Assembly (NCBI GenBank): GCA_001792345.1
Contig: MGGJ01000004.1
Location: forward strand, 74,090-138,089
Reading direction: 5' to 3'
Source of the DNA: Candidatus Woesebacteria bacterium RIFCSPHIGHO2_01_FULL_39_32
Lineage (GTDB): Bacteria > Patescibacteriota > Microgenomatia > UBA8517
DNA length: 64,000 nucleotides
The position numbers were made by a program, and so were the translations under genes. The notes below the pieces were generated by a model. The model did no database searches and had not been told where the DNA came from. It was given only the letters and a program-made list of their open reading frames with translations. Positions 39,927 through 49,113 of the stretch are shown here, in pieces (within the stretch, counting starts at the first letter, position 1; each line of letters begins with the position of its first letter).

Positions 39927-40666
39927 TTAACCTCTTTCAATGTTAGTCCAGCGTCAACGACAATATTTGCTCCCGTAATTGCGTCGTTTTCGGCAACGGA
40001 AATAACTGCTTGGGCAACTTCCTCGGGTTTAACAAATCTCTTAAGGGGAACCTCATTAATATACTTATCAATTTCATCTTTAGAAGAAAAATTCCACATT
40101 GGTGTCATTGTATATCCTGGTGAGATGCTAACAACACGAATGTGGGGAGCCACCATTATTGCTAGATTTTCCGAAAATGTGTTAAGCGCCGCTTTTGAAA
40201 GGGAATAAGAAAGAGAGTCGCCATAATAAGTAACTCCAGACTTGCCAGCAATTGACGATATATTAATTATTACTCCACCCTGACCCACCATTTTTAGGAA
40301 TTCCCTACAACATTCAACTGCACCAAATAGGTTAACAGTCAGTACCTCCTTCCATTGTTTTGTGTCTAGTGGATCCATATAAGTTCTCTCGATGCCGGAA
40401 ACGTTTACCAGCACATCAATCGAATCATATTTCTTTCGAATACTGTCAAACATTTCGGAAATTTCTTTCGCCTTTAGAAAGTCAGCGGAAACGGTCATAC
40501 ACTCGCCCTTTTCGTTACATATCTTTTTTTCTAACTCTTTTATTGAAGCTTCGTTTCTGGCGTGAAGAATTAGCTTGCACCCCTTTTTAGCAAAGGCGTA
40601 GGCTATAGCTTCACCGATTCCTCCGGAAGCTCCGGTTACCAGAACGACTTTGTCTTTGAGTTGCAT
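39923..40666 (-). CDS. Short-chain dehydrogenase/reductase
   Basis: TGASGGIG, YSLSK, ISPG, VDAG. Confidence 0.92.
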   Translation of the reverse strand: MQLKDKVVLVTGASGGIGEAIAYAFAKKGCKLILHARNEASIKELEKKICNEKGECMTVSADFLKAKEISEMFDSIRKKYDSIDVLVNVSGIERTYMDPLDTKQWKEVLTVNLFGAVECCREFLKMVGQGGVIINISSIAGKSGVTYYGDSLSYSLSKAALNTFSENLAIMVAPHIRVVSISPGYTMTPMWNFSSKDEIDKYINEVPLKRFVKPEEVAQAVISVAENDAITGANIVVDAGLTLKEVK

Positions 40667-40724
40667 TAAATGTATTTTACTCTCTTTAGCAATTAATTGA
40701 TTGATATTCAAATAATTTTGAAAA

Positions 40725-41696
40725 ATGATACACTACCTAACTATGAGAAAGTTATTTCCCAAACTTTTATCAATTACAATTCTCTTTATGATTGTTGTAG
40801 CAATAGGTTTTATTCCAGTAAAACCCAGGAATGAAATAAAGGAAAAGATACCTCAAGAAACGGCAAAAGAAAAGCCACTTCTAAAGGGTTTCTCTATTAC
40901 ACCGAAAAGCTTTGAAAGTAAAGATTTCTTAGATTTTTTTGAAAGAATTAGGACATCATCAAATTTAGTGTTGTGGGCGGGCGATGTTAAAGAATTGGCA
41001 AATGAAAAATCCGTCGCCAATTCTCTTGCAACAATTTCCAAAAATTACGGTTTTACTCCCGTTATTATTGTTGAATGGGTAGACAAGAAGTTAATTTTAG
41101 ATTTTGTTTCAAAAGTAAAACCTCCTTATTTAGGAATCGGAAATGAAATTAACAGAGAAAGTTCTAGCTACATTCAAAAACTAGCCAAAGACTTTAGTGA
41201 AATTTATCCTGAAATTAAAAATGCTTCTCCCGAAACAAAAGTCTTCCCTATTTTTCAACTCGAGTTGATGAAAGGTCTTCGCGGAGGTTTATTTGGGGGG
41301 ATAAATGATGAGAGTAAAAACCAATGGAAGCTTCTAGATCAATTTCCAAAGGCAGATTTGATCGCTTTTACAACATATCCCGCACTAATTTATAAGGCAC
41401 CCTCAGAAATTCCGAATGATTACTACTCGGTAATTCTGACTTATACAGAAAAACCTGTTCTATTTACCGAAGTTGGGTGGTCAAGCAAAATCGATAACCC
41501 AAGTTGGGAAACCAGCGAAAGTGAGCAGGCAGAGTTTATAAAAATTTTCGAAGAAAGGGTAAATGAACCAGAGCCGGAATTTGCAATTTGGACTTTTATG
41601 TATGATCAAAATGTCCAAAAACCATTTGACACGATGGGACTCATTAGCCGTGATGGTAAAGAAAAGGAAGGGTGGAAAGTTTGGACAGAGGAATAA
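40725..41696 (+). CDS. Membrane-anchored glycoside hydrolase-like protein (clan A-like)
   Basis: IGNEIN acid/base-like and FTEVGW nucleophile-like motifs. Confidence 0.65.
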   Translation: MIHYLTMRKLFPKLLSITILFMIVVAIGFIPVKPRNEIKEKIPQETAKEKPLLKGFSITPKSFESKDFLDFFERIRTSSNLVLWAGDVKELANEKSVANSLATISKNYGFTPVIIVEWVDKKLILDFVSKVKPPYLGIGNEINRESSSYIQKLAKDFSEIYPEIKNASPETKVFPIFQLELMKGLRGGLFGGINDESKNQWKLLDQFPKADLIAFTTYPALIYKAPSEIPNDYYSVILTYTEKPVLFTEVGWSSKIDNPSWETSESEQAEFIKIFEERVNEPEPEFAIWTFMYDQNVQKPFDTMGLISRDGKEKEGWKVWTEE

Positions 41697-41709
41697 TTAA
41701 TTTAAGAAC

Positions 41710-41728
41710 CCGCGGAGGAAATGGTTTC
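41710..41728 (+). repeat. Repeat A copy 1
   Basis: CCGCGGAGGAAATGGTTTC. Confidence 0.9.
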
Positions 41729-42097
41729 CTATTTAGAGCTTTTTATTTGACGAACTTTATCGACCAAAAGGCCCACAAAGAAAAGCAATATGAGTGTGGC
41801 TGCATAACTAATAAGTACTACCCAAAATAAATTCTTAGAATGTGTAGCCCATGAATAATAACTCTCGGGAACTATAAAACTTAGGAAATCTACTAACAGT
41901 TTCCCTGGAATAGACAGCAAAATAATAATAGCTAGAGATATTGGAGCACAGATTACAAATATTCCACCGCTGCACTCATTAAGTAGCGGAACCAACATCG
42001 TTGCAAAACCTAAAAGAATCAAAATAATATATATCACAGGTAAACGATACCTGTACTTTAGTCCAAAAAATTTCTTAAAGAATTTCTTAATCTCCAT
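41729..42097 (-). CDS. Hypothetical membrane protein (cassette)
   Basis: Three hydrophobic segments; stop abuts repeat A1. Confidence 0.65.
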   Translation of the reverse strand: MEIKKFFKKFFGLKYRYRLPVIYIILILLGFATMLVPLLNECSGGIFVICAPISLAIIILLSIPGKLLVDFLSFIVPESYYSWATHSKNLFWVVLISYAATLILLFFVGLLVDKVRQIKSSK

Positions 42098-42150
42098 ATA
42101 TAAGTAATATTATCACCATGTCTTGTCGAAAATGAAGGAAAACCTAGAAA

Positions 42151-42169
42151 CTGTGGAATAAATGGTTTC
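42151..42169 (+). repeat. Repeat A copy 2 (degenerate)
   Basis: CTGTGGAATAAATGGTTTC. Confidence 0.7.
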
Positions 42170-42173
42170 TTAA

Positions 42174-42434
42174 TCAATATACTTCATCATGACTCCCGAT
42201 TCTGTTAAAAAGAATCCTATTTTCTTCGATTGTAAAAATAATTCTAATATCGCTTGTTATTGAAATAGACCAGTTATTTTCCCCGGACAACTTATGAAGC
42301 CGTAACGATGGGTGTTTAGGATTGGTTGATAGAAGTTCAATTTGATGTCTAAGCTTAATTTTTAATTTAGGATTATTCTTGACTATTTTCTTTAAATTCC
42401 TATCAAAAGTTCTTGAGAAATAAACTTCGTACAT
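42174..42434 (-). CDS. RelE/YafQ-superfamily toxin
   Basis: HPSLRLHKLSG..WSISI..DIRIIF...IGSHDEVY. Confidence 0.85.
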   Translation of the reverse strand: MYEVYFSRTFDRNLKKIVKNNPKLKIKLRHQIELLSTNPKHPSLRLHKLSGENNWSISITSDIRIIFTIEENRILFNRIGSHDEVY

Positions 42435-42465
42435 CTACTAAAATTATATAATAAATTACTCTACC

Positions 42466-42699
42466 CTAAATTGAGTCGAAGTATTTTTTTATATCCTTTT
42501 TTGTCTTTAGTGTAATAGCTTTTCCTTCTTTTATTTCTTTCCTGGTTTCCTCTGCCCACAAATCGTATTTACTTTGAGATATAACCTTTCTCAAGGAATC
42601 ACGGACAAGGTCGCTAAAAGAAGCATAAAAGCCTCCTCTTACAAGGGTTTCAGCTTGATTTTTCAATTTTTCGGGTAAAGATACATTTATTGTAACCAT
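42466..42699 (-). CDS. Ribbon-helix-helix antitoxin (ParD/CopG-like)
   Basis: TINVSLP...G.YASFSDLVRDSLR; upstream of the toxin. Confidence 0.8.
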   Translation of the reverse strand: MVTINVSLPEKLKNQAETLVRGGFYASFSDLVRDSLRKVISQSKYDLWAEETRKEIKEGKAITLKTKKDIKKYFDSI

Positions 42700-42751
42700 A
42701 CAACAATAATACAATCTTCGTACAATAAGTCAATATATAAAATTACTTAAG

Positions 42752-42771
42752 TTGCGGAGGAAATGGGTTTC
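42752..42771 (+). repeat. Repeat A copy 3
   Basis: TTGCGGAGGAAATGGGTTTC. Confidence 0.85.
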
Positions 42772-43394
42772 TAATTGTTGTTAAACAAACCTTCAAAATT
42801 AAAATCTACAAACTTTTTATTTCTCTCGTCATACAATTTCGTTTCATTCTCTTTAAGCTTTAAAATATTAAGTCCCTTTTGCTCTGCAAATTTTTCGACT
42901 ATTTCTATTAACTCTTCATTACAATAATTAGAGTTATTAGTGTGGACAATCACTATAGTTTCACTGTCAGGAAATATACCTTCAATAAAGTCGATGGTCT
43001 TTCTGTCGCTTGTTTCATAAAAATATGGAGCCATAAGCATTGCACCGGCACTGTCACCAAGAATAACTATATCTTTCTTAAGAACACCGAAATCAAATCT
43101 TTTCCTTTGAAGGCCATCTTTTAAAGGAATAGTATCACCGCCGCAAAGAAAAATAAGATCGTAAATTCGCCAATTAATATCTTTAGTTTTATTCCCAACA
43201 ATATCTACTGTTTCTCCAAATTGAGGAATTATATGCTTATCGTAATAATGATTAGGCTTAGCCATTGTTACAAAACAGGTCTTTTTCCCTTTGGCAATTA
43301 GTTTCTTGATCGTTTTGGAGTATTCGTAGAGATAAGATTTTTCAAAACCATTAGGTTCATTTTTATTTAGCCCACCCCGAAATATAAGTTTCAT
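42771..43394 (-). CDS. Peptidase S51 / class I glutamine amidotransferase-like protein
   Basis: FLCGGDT, GDSAGA nucleophile elbow, downstream His. Confidence 0.75.
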   Translation of the reverse strand: MKLIFRGGLNKNEPNGFEKSYLYEYSKTIKKLIAKGKKTCFVTMAKPNHYYDKHIIPQFGETVDIVGNKTKDINWRIYDLIFLCGGDTIPLKDGLQRKRFDFGVLKKDIVILGDSAGAMLMAPYFYETSDRKTIDFIEGIFPDSETIVIVHTNNSNYCNEELIEIVEKFAEQKGLNILKLKENETKLYDERNKKFVDFNFEGLFNNN

Positions 43395-43430
43395 AATCGT
43401 AGTATATCAATTTGGAGAATTTTCCAGAAG

Positions 43431-43449
43431 CCGCGGAGGAGATTGTTTC
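43431..43449 (+). repeat. Repeat A copy 4
   Basis: CCGCGGAGGAGATTGTTTC. Confidence 0.85.
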
Positions 43450-43481
43450 GGATTATCCTTATCAAGTGTTAAAATCGAAAT

Positions 43482-43751
43482 ATGGATAAATTACATAAAC
43501 TGGAGGAAAAAATAGAGAAAATTGAATCCAGAAATAGAAAGGTCGAAAACGATAAAGCTTGGGAAACAAGTTATGCAAGAAGGTTCTTACTATTCTTTTT
43601 TACTTATGTGTCAATCGGTCTTTATCTCAATGTAATTCAAATCAAAGACCCATGGCTTAATGCAATAGTTCCATCAATAGGATTCTTCCTTTCGACTCTC
43701 ACTCTCCCCTTCTTCAAATCTACTTGGCTAAAGAAAAGAAATAAAAGATAA
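43482..43751 (+). CDS. Small coiled-coil plus 2-TM protein (paralog of 52260-52532)
   Basis: RNRKVE.DKAWETS motif. Confidence 0.8.
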   Translation: MDKLHKLEEKIEKIESRNRKVENDKAWETSYARRFLLFFFTYVSIGLYLNVIQIKDPWLNAIVPSIGFFLSTLTLPFFKSTWLKKRNKR

Positions 43752-43757
43752 CTTTGG

Positions 43758-43776
43758 CCGCGGAGGAAATGGTTTC
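43758..43776 (+). repeat. Repeat A copy 5
   Basis: CCGCGGAGGAAATGGTTTC. Confidence 0.9.
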
Positions 43777-43797
43777 GGTTTCTTATATACTAAGTTA

Positions 43798-44082
43798 ATG
43801 AATAAATATTTGCGTTATTTATTTGTCCTGATATTTATTTTCTCTCTCTATCACTTTTTGAGAGATTTACTACAGACATTTAGCGTCGATAATTTCTTTA
43901 TAAACATTCTTCACAGACCCCACATCTGGTGTAGTCCGTATTGCAATTATGTAACCTATCCCCTGGACACGCTTGGAATTGTAGGCAGTTTTATCGTGTT
44001 AAGAAGAAACCGCGTGGGAATTCTGGGTGTGCTTATTTTTATATCCTTACCTCTTTGGTCGCTTGCTGTATTATTACCTTAG
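43798..44082 (+). CDS. Small membrane protein
   Basis: H..RD..Q motif, CxxxC; TATACT just upstream. Confidence 0.65.
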   Translation: MNKYLRYLFVLIFIFSLYHFLRDLLQTFSVDNFFINILHRPHIWCSPYCNYVTYPLDTLGIVGSFIVLRRNRVGILGVLIFISLPLWSLAVLLP

Positions 44083-44096
44083 AAAATTTTTTTAAC

Positions 44097-44115
44097 CAGC
44101 GGAGAAAATGGTTTC
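44097..44115 (+). repeat. Repeat A copy 6
   Basis: CAGCGGAGAAAATGGTTTC. Confidence 0.85.
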
Positions 44116-44155
44116 TTCTTTATAATTATATTTAAAATGCTTATAATATTTGTAA

Positions 44156-44710
44156 ATGTTTCAAGAAAATTCGGCCGAACGTCGTCCTAAATTTTCCGCA
44201 TCTGTAGGTGTTATTCCTTTATATGAAAGTCCAGATGGATCAAAAGGTGTGGTTTTGGGCTTAAGAATTGAGGATGGCTTATGGACTCCTATAGCGGGCG
44301 GTCTCGAAAATCAGGAGTATGACTTGGAAGCTTTATGCAGAGAATGGCAAGAAGAAACAGGATTAAATCCAGAAGAATCTCTACAATTATTTCCCATTCC
44401 ACTTACAACAACTTCGCCGCAGCCAGGAAAAACTTCTGTCGGCATAACATATATCGGAAAATATACTGGCCCAGCGTTACCTTTAAGAGCTTGGGGCGAT
44501 GAAATAGAAGTACTTGAATCATTCGCGCCAGAAAGATTAAAAAATCTATTAGACAATCCTGAAGGCCACCTTTTTCGTCCTGACTTAAATTTAGGTAACT
44601 TAACAGCGATCCTGACTCTTTTATCACCAAATGACGGGGTGCAAACAATATTATTGAATAGAGCACGACAATCCACCCAAAGATTCATTAAAGAGGATAC
44701 ATATTTCTAA
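44156..44710 (+). CDS. NUDIX hydrolase (cassette)
   Basis: AGGLE..E....ALCREWQEETG. Confidence 0.85.
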   Translation: MFQENSAERRPKFSASVGVIPLYESPDGSKGVVLGLRIEDGLWTPIAGGLENQEYDLEALCREWQEETGLNPEESLQLFPIPLTTTSPQPGKTSVGITYIGKYTGPALPLRAWGDEIEVLESFAPERLKNLLDNPEGHLFRPDLNLGNLTAILTLLSPNDGVQTILLNRARQSTQRFIKEDTYF

Positions 44711-44713
44711 AAA

Positions 44714-44732
44714 CCGCGAAGGAAATGGTTTC
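44714..44732 (+). repeat. Repeat A copy 7
   Basis: CCGCGAAGGAAATGGTTTC. Confidence 0.9.
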
Positions 44733-44750
44733 TTAAGATTTTTTATTCGA

Positions 44751-44770
44751 AGCTAATTTGAAGACAAATT
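44751..44770 (+). repeat. Repeat B copy 1
   Basis: AGCTAATTTGAAGACAAATT. Confidence 0.95.
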
Positions 44771-44772
44771 AT

Positions 44773-45552
44773 TTATTTTATTTCTAGTTTCTTTTTTGGC
44801 TGCCACCAGGAATCAAACTCTCGAGCCTTTGTAACCTCATCCAAATCCAACTCTTCATAAAGAATCTCTTTGTGATTAATGCTCCCTTCCTTTAAAACCC
44901 CTCTTATAGGACTTACAATCAATGACCTTCCGAAAGAGTTTGTCGCTATATTTAAATTACCCGATACTAAAATAAAAGACCTGCTCGCAAAAGCACCATA
45001 TACATATAGCGCTTTTACATACTCTTGAGTGTTCAATTCCTTCCAGCCAATCGACCATGTAGGAATACAAATAATTTCGGCGCCTTGATTGTTAAATTTC
45101 TCATATAAAAAATGTGAGAACTTGTTGAAGCCATCCTTGCAAATAAGCATCCCTAATTTTCCTATTTCTGTTTTTTCGACCTCTAAAGTATTCCCGGCAA
45201 CAACTCCAATGTTTTCTATTTCAGGTTTTGCTGGGTAAATTTTTCTGTGCGATACAACGGATTTTCCTTCAGGAGAAATAATATAGCCTTGGTTATAATA
45301 CTTGCCGTCTTTTTTAGTGTAAAAACTTGTCGCGAGAAAAACACTGTGTTTCTTTGCAACTTCTATGAGTTTCGGCAAATAATCTATTTCTTTTTCCTTC
45401 AACTCCCCAACTTCTCCGACGGCAGTTTCTGGAGCAACTATTAATTTTGCACCTGCCCACGAAGCCTGTGAAACCATTTCGTTAAGTTTCTTAAAGGAAG
45501 CACTAGATTCTTCGGGAGCGTCGTATTGTAGAACTGCAACTTTAACTTTCAT
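44773..45552 (-). CDS. Carbon-nitrogen hydrolase (nitrilase superfamily)
   Basis: APE / HRK / ICKD catalytic triad pattern. Confidence 0.88.
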   Translation of the reverse strand: MKVKVAVLQYDAPEESSASFKKLNEMVSQASWAGAKLIVAPETAVGEVGELKEKEIDYLPKLIEVAKKHSVFLATSFYTKKDGKYYNQGYIISPEGKSVVSHRKIYPAKPEIENIGVVAGNTLEVEKTEIGKLGMLICKDGFNKFSHFLYEKFNNQGAEIICIPTWSIGWKELNTQEYVKALYVYGAFASRSFILVSGNLNIATNSFGRSLIVSPIRGVLKEGSINHKEILYEELDLDEVTKAREFDSWWQPKKKLEIK

Positions 45553-45571
45553 TAACCAAATTCTACTCCGG

Positions 45572-45591
45572 AGCTAATTTGAAGACAAATT
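45572..45591 (+). repeat. Repeat B copy 2
   Basis: Exact 20-mer. Confidence 0.95.
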
Positions 45592-45595
45592 TATC

Positions 45596-45904
45596 CTAAG
45601 CTGACTGAATTTCAAACTTAGTTTTTTTAGGATCGAAGGCTTTAATATTTTTCTTTACGTCCAATATTTCAATCCCTAAAATTTTACCCTTAGCATCTTC
45701 GTCCACTAAAACAGTATCCGTTACTTTTCTGGTTCGGCTATATTTTCCTTTTGCTAATTCCAAATAAACTGCGTCTTCTTTTTTATCGTATTGTATTTTC
45801 ATAATTATTTTTTCAGGATTATCAATTGTTTCTGTTACAGTCTTTTGAGAAATATTTCTCCTTTTAAGTTGCTTTATGGCATGTCCAGAAAAGTTGACGG
45901 GCAT
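45596..45904 (-). CDS. DUF2283-like protein preceded in frame by a DUF4258-like N-terminal fragment
   Basis: FSGHA..QLKRRNIS....ETIDNP, then MKIQYD...DAVYL...GIEILD. Confidence 0.65.
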   Translation of the reverse strand: MPVNFSGHAIKQLKRRNISQKTVTETIDNPEKIIMKIQYDKKEDAVYLELAKGKYSRTRKVTDTVLVDEDAKGKILGIEILDVKKNIKAFDPKKTKFEIQSA

Positions 45905-45928
45905 AAAAACATTATAAAATAATCTCGG

Positions 45929-45948
45929 AGTTAATTTGAAAACAAACT
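45929..45948 (+). repeat. Repeat B copy 3 (3 mismatches)
   Basis: AGTTAATTTGAAAACAAACT. Confidence 0.85.
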
Positions 45949-45967
45949 TTAAACATCGTATTTGAAA

Positions 45968-46552
45968 TTAGTAACCCCAGGCCTTCCTCTTCCCTGCTTT
46001 CATAATATTCCACGAACCATCCTGTTGGCGCATCATTACATAATAAGACGGTCTTTTAAAGCTCGAGTGTTCTTCATCACCAAGTCTAATTTCTAATAAC
46101 TTTGGTACATATGGCTCCGGAACTTTACCTAATATATCTGTTGAAATTGCTTTAACTTCCTTCGCTCTAAGAAAATCCGTGGAGATATTATAGTCAAGCT
46201 TCTCAACCACACCTTTTGAATCAAACCATAACTGTGCGCCAGTTAACTCATACTCACTTTCCCTCTCTAATAATACTGCTGCTGCCTTCGAATCGTCCAA
46301 CTCCCCCAATCCAAAGTAACCCTTTTGTTCGATTAAGACATCTGCGTGTGTTCCCTTTGGAAATAGTCCAGAAGCTACTTTATCTTTAGAAATTCGAGCA
46401 AGACAAGAAATATAACCCGGAAACTTACCAATGACAGCGCCTCGACCTTCACGAATTAATCCTTGCCACTCACCTTCAGTTAATAAACGGTTATAAAAAG
46501 GTCTGGGGGCAACATCTATTCCCGCTTGGATTTCCTCTGAATCTAAAACCAT
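45968..46552 (-). CDS. Hypothetical protein (cassette)
   Basis: 194-aa ORF with TATAAT upstream. Confidence 0.6.
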   Translation of the reverse strand: MVLDSEEIQAGIDVAPRPFYNRLLTEGEWQGLIREGRGAVIGKFPGYISCLARISKDKVASGLFPKGTHADVLIEQKGYFGLGELDDSKAAAVLLERESEYELTGAQLWFDSKGVVEKLDYNISTDFLRAKEVKAISTDILGKVPEPYVPKLLEIRLGDEEHSSFKRPSYYVMMRQQDGSWNIMKAGKRKAWGY

Positions 46553-46577
46553 TTCAACCTTATTATACCTCTCTAGA

Positions 46578-46597
46578 AGCTAATTTGAAGACAAATT
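46578..46597 (+). repeat. Repeat B copy 4
   Basis: Exact 20-mer. Confidence 0.95.
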
Positions 46598-46675
46598 ATT
46601 TTAGTTTTGTCATAATAATACATAAGGTGTTACTTTATTTTGAGCTAAAATCCAATACCTGTGTTAAATTAACAT

Positions 46676-47287
46676 ATGTTTTTATTGAAGAAGTATTATT
46701 GGGAAGTCAAAGAAACAAAAAGTAAAGGAAGGGGTGTTTTCGCAAGGAAACCAATTTCGGCAGGCACACTTATTGGCGATTACGTTGGAAAATTGGTTCA
46801 CTTGAAAGATGTAGATTTTGATAAAGAAAAAGGAAATCTGTATCTGATGTATTACAATGACACAACAGGTATTTACCCCAGCTTAAGAAAACCGGGCATT
46901 CATCTTCTAAATCATTCGTGTTCTCCTAATTGCTGGATTTTTAAATTTAAAAGACACACTTTGGTTTTTGCATTAAAGAATATTATGAATGGAGACGAGT
47001 TGACAATTTCTTACCTCCTTCCTCCAGGTAAGCTTTGTACGAACTGCACACATAAATGCTTCTGCGAAAGCAAGGTTTGTACAAAATCGATGCATTTAAC
47101 GGAAGGTGGATATAAAAAATGGCAGGATTTTCAAGATAAAGAAGAAAGGAAAGGAAAATATAGAAAAATTATAAATGAAAACGCATTAAAACTGTTGGCA
47201 AAATATCCGAAATCTATTTCCAAAAGTTATATTGTAAAAATTAAAAATTTAGAGATTACACAAAACCTTTCCATCTCGCTAATTTGA
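46676..47287 (+). CDS. SET-domain protein lysine methyltransferase with post-SET cysteines
   Basis: GRGVFA, NHSCSPN, GDELTISY, CFC...C. Confidence 0.9.
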   Translation: MFLLKKYYWEVKETKSKGRGVFARKPISAGTLIGDYVGKLVHLKDVDFDKEKGNLYLMYYNDTTGIYPSLRKPGIHLLNHSCSPNCWIFKFKRHTLVFALKNIMNGDELTISYLLPPGKLCTNCTHKCFCESKVCTKSMHLTEGGYKKWQDFQDKEERKGKYRKIINENALKLLAKYPKSISKSYIVKIKNLEITQNLSISLI

Positions 47288-47296
47288 AGACAAATT
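47277..47296 (+). repeat. Repeat B copy 5
   Basis: CGCTAATTTGAAGACAAATT; supplies the TGA of the SET gene. Confidence 0.92.
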
Positions 47297-47308
47297 TATT
47301 TTGTTAAA

Positions 47309-48160
47309 CTAAACAGCAAGAATCACCAGTCCCAACATTAACAAAAATATACCGATTTTCTGCTCTTTTGCTAACTTTTCCTTCAGAAAAAGTAGCGCCA
47401 AGAATATTGTCACAACAGGCGCCGCAGCAACAACTGGCGCAACGATAGATGCATAAGTACTATTTACACCCAAAGAGTAACCAAGATAACCCATACTACT
47501 TAGTATTCCCAAAAGTGCAGCTAGTTTATAAGAATAATTAGTAATAGATAAACTTTTTTCTTTATATAAAGTAAGTATAGTTAAAAACAACACACCCGAG
47601 ATGGTTGTGAGAATAATTATCTCTAACCAACCAATTTTAACGGTCATATCACCTATTAAGATAAATGACGTACCCCAAAAGAACATTGCTAACAGACCAT
47701 ATGGAACTGATCTATCAGTGATTACTAGCTTAAGATTTTTGAAATTTTTTAAATTTATTGAAACCAATATAGTCCCGACAACAACAAGTACAACAGAACC
47801 AACTTGAATTGGCAAAAGAATTTCAGAAAGAAATAATATTGAAAAAAGAATTATTATCACCGAATAAGAAGAAGCTATCGGAGACAAAACCGATAGATTA
47901 CCAACTTGCGTCCCTTTGAAAAAAGAAAGACCCCCTAAAGTAGTTATTATTCCCGCAATAAAACCTACGACAAACTCTCCGGTACTTATTTCAAAAAGGT
48001 TTGTTGTTCGACCGGAAACAAACGAAATACATAAAAGGTAGAAAAGCATGAAGATGGCATTCCACAACATTCCTTTTAAGAATCCTGCAGATTTAGAAAG
48101 AAATACTATAACATAATCGGCGACTCCAAAACCCACAAGTCCTATCAATGCATAAACCAT
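47309..48160 (-). CDS. EamA/DMT family transporter
   Basis: About 10 TMs, SPIASSY and FLKEKL repeats. Confidence 0.85.
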   Translation of the reverse strand: MVYALIGLVGFGVADYVIVFLSKSAGFLKGMLWNAIFMLFYLLCISFVSGRTTNLFEISTGEFVVGFIAGIITTLGGLSFFKGTQVGNLSVLSPIASSYSVIIILFSILFLSEILLPIQVGSVVLVVVGTILVSINLKNFKNLKLVITDRSVPYGLLAMFFWGTSFILIGDMTVKIGWLEIIILTTISGVLFLTILTLYKEKSLSITNYSYKLAALLGILSSMGYLGYSLGVNSTYASIVAPVVAAAPVVTIFLALLFLKEKLAKEQKIGIFLLMLGLVILAV

Positions 48161-48178
48161 ATATTAATATTACCCCGA

Positions 48179-48198
48179 AGCTAATTTGAAGACAAATT
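48179..48198 (+). repeat. Repeat B copy 6
   Basis: Exact 20-mer. Confidence 0.95.
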
Positions 48199-48246
48199 AT
48201 TAACAGACTGTTCTTACTAACAATTAAATATTGATATAATCAAATC

Positions 48247-49110
48247 ATGTCGGGAGTAATAGCAGCAATTTATTCCTCATTTTTTCTCGCATTATCTCAA
48301 GCTTCTTTGAAAAAAAGCTACAGGGAACTTTCTCCATCTGTTGCATTTTTCTTTGACACCCTTTTTGGTTTAGCTCTTTGGGTACCTCTAGCATTATTCT
48401 TCGGCATCAATCTGATATTCTTCAAAGAGGTCCTTTTATTTGCAGTTCTATCAGCAGTTTTATCCGAAGCATTATATTTTTATGCGCTATCTAAAGGACA
48501 GTTAAGCGTAACCACAATTCTTATTGGTAGCTACCCGATTTATACTATTTTGTTTTCTTATTTGATCAATAGAGAGATATTAACTCCGTTACAAGCATTA
48601 TTTATCGGAATAACAATCTTCGGAACACTAATTTCATACCTGCCTTCAAAATTAAACAAAGATGAATTGAAAAAAAGCGGCGTTCTGATATGGCCAATAA
48701 TAGCGGCGGTTGCAGTTGGTTTATCTGATACCTTGTCCAAGAAAATTATAAACAAAACTGAAGATTTTACGTTTCTTTTTGCACTAGCCCTAGTCCAAAT
48801 ACCGGTTTCGCTGACATACCTAAAACTTGAAAGGCAAAATATTATAAAAGAGCTAAAAGTAGTAAAAGCAAAAGCATATGATTATAAAAATGCAATAGCC
48901 GGATCACTGTTTAATATTATCGGCACTGGGCTTCTGTGGATCGCCTTTTCAAAGACTCTTGCTTCGATTGCTTCTCCGATAACTGCTACAAGCGGGGTTT
49001 TGGTAATTATAATTGCACTACTTTTTCTTGACGAGAAAATATCATTAAAACAAATAGCCGGAATATTTTTAGTCATTCTGGGTATAATTGGAATTGCGAT
49101 TCTAGTTTAA
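48247..49110 (+). CDS. EamA/DMT family transporter
   Basis: About 10 TMs, ASIASPI, FLDEKI. Confidence 0.85.
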   Translation: MSGVIAAIYSSFFLALSQASLKKSYRELSPSVAFFFDTLFGLALWVPLALFFGINLIFFKEVLLFAVLSAVLSEALYFYALSKGQLSVTTILIGSYPIYTILFSYLINREILTPLQALFIGITIFGTLISYLPSKLNKDELKKSGVLIWPIIAAVAVGLSDTLSKKIINKTEDFTFLFALALVQIPVSLTYLKLERQNIIKELKVVKAKAYDYKNAIAGSLFNIIGTGLLWIAFSKTLASIASPITATSGVLVIIIALLFLDEKISLKQIAGIFLVILGIIGIAILV

Positions 49111-49113
49111 AAT

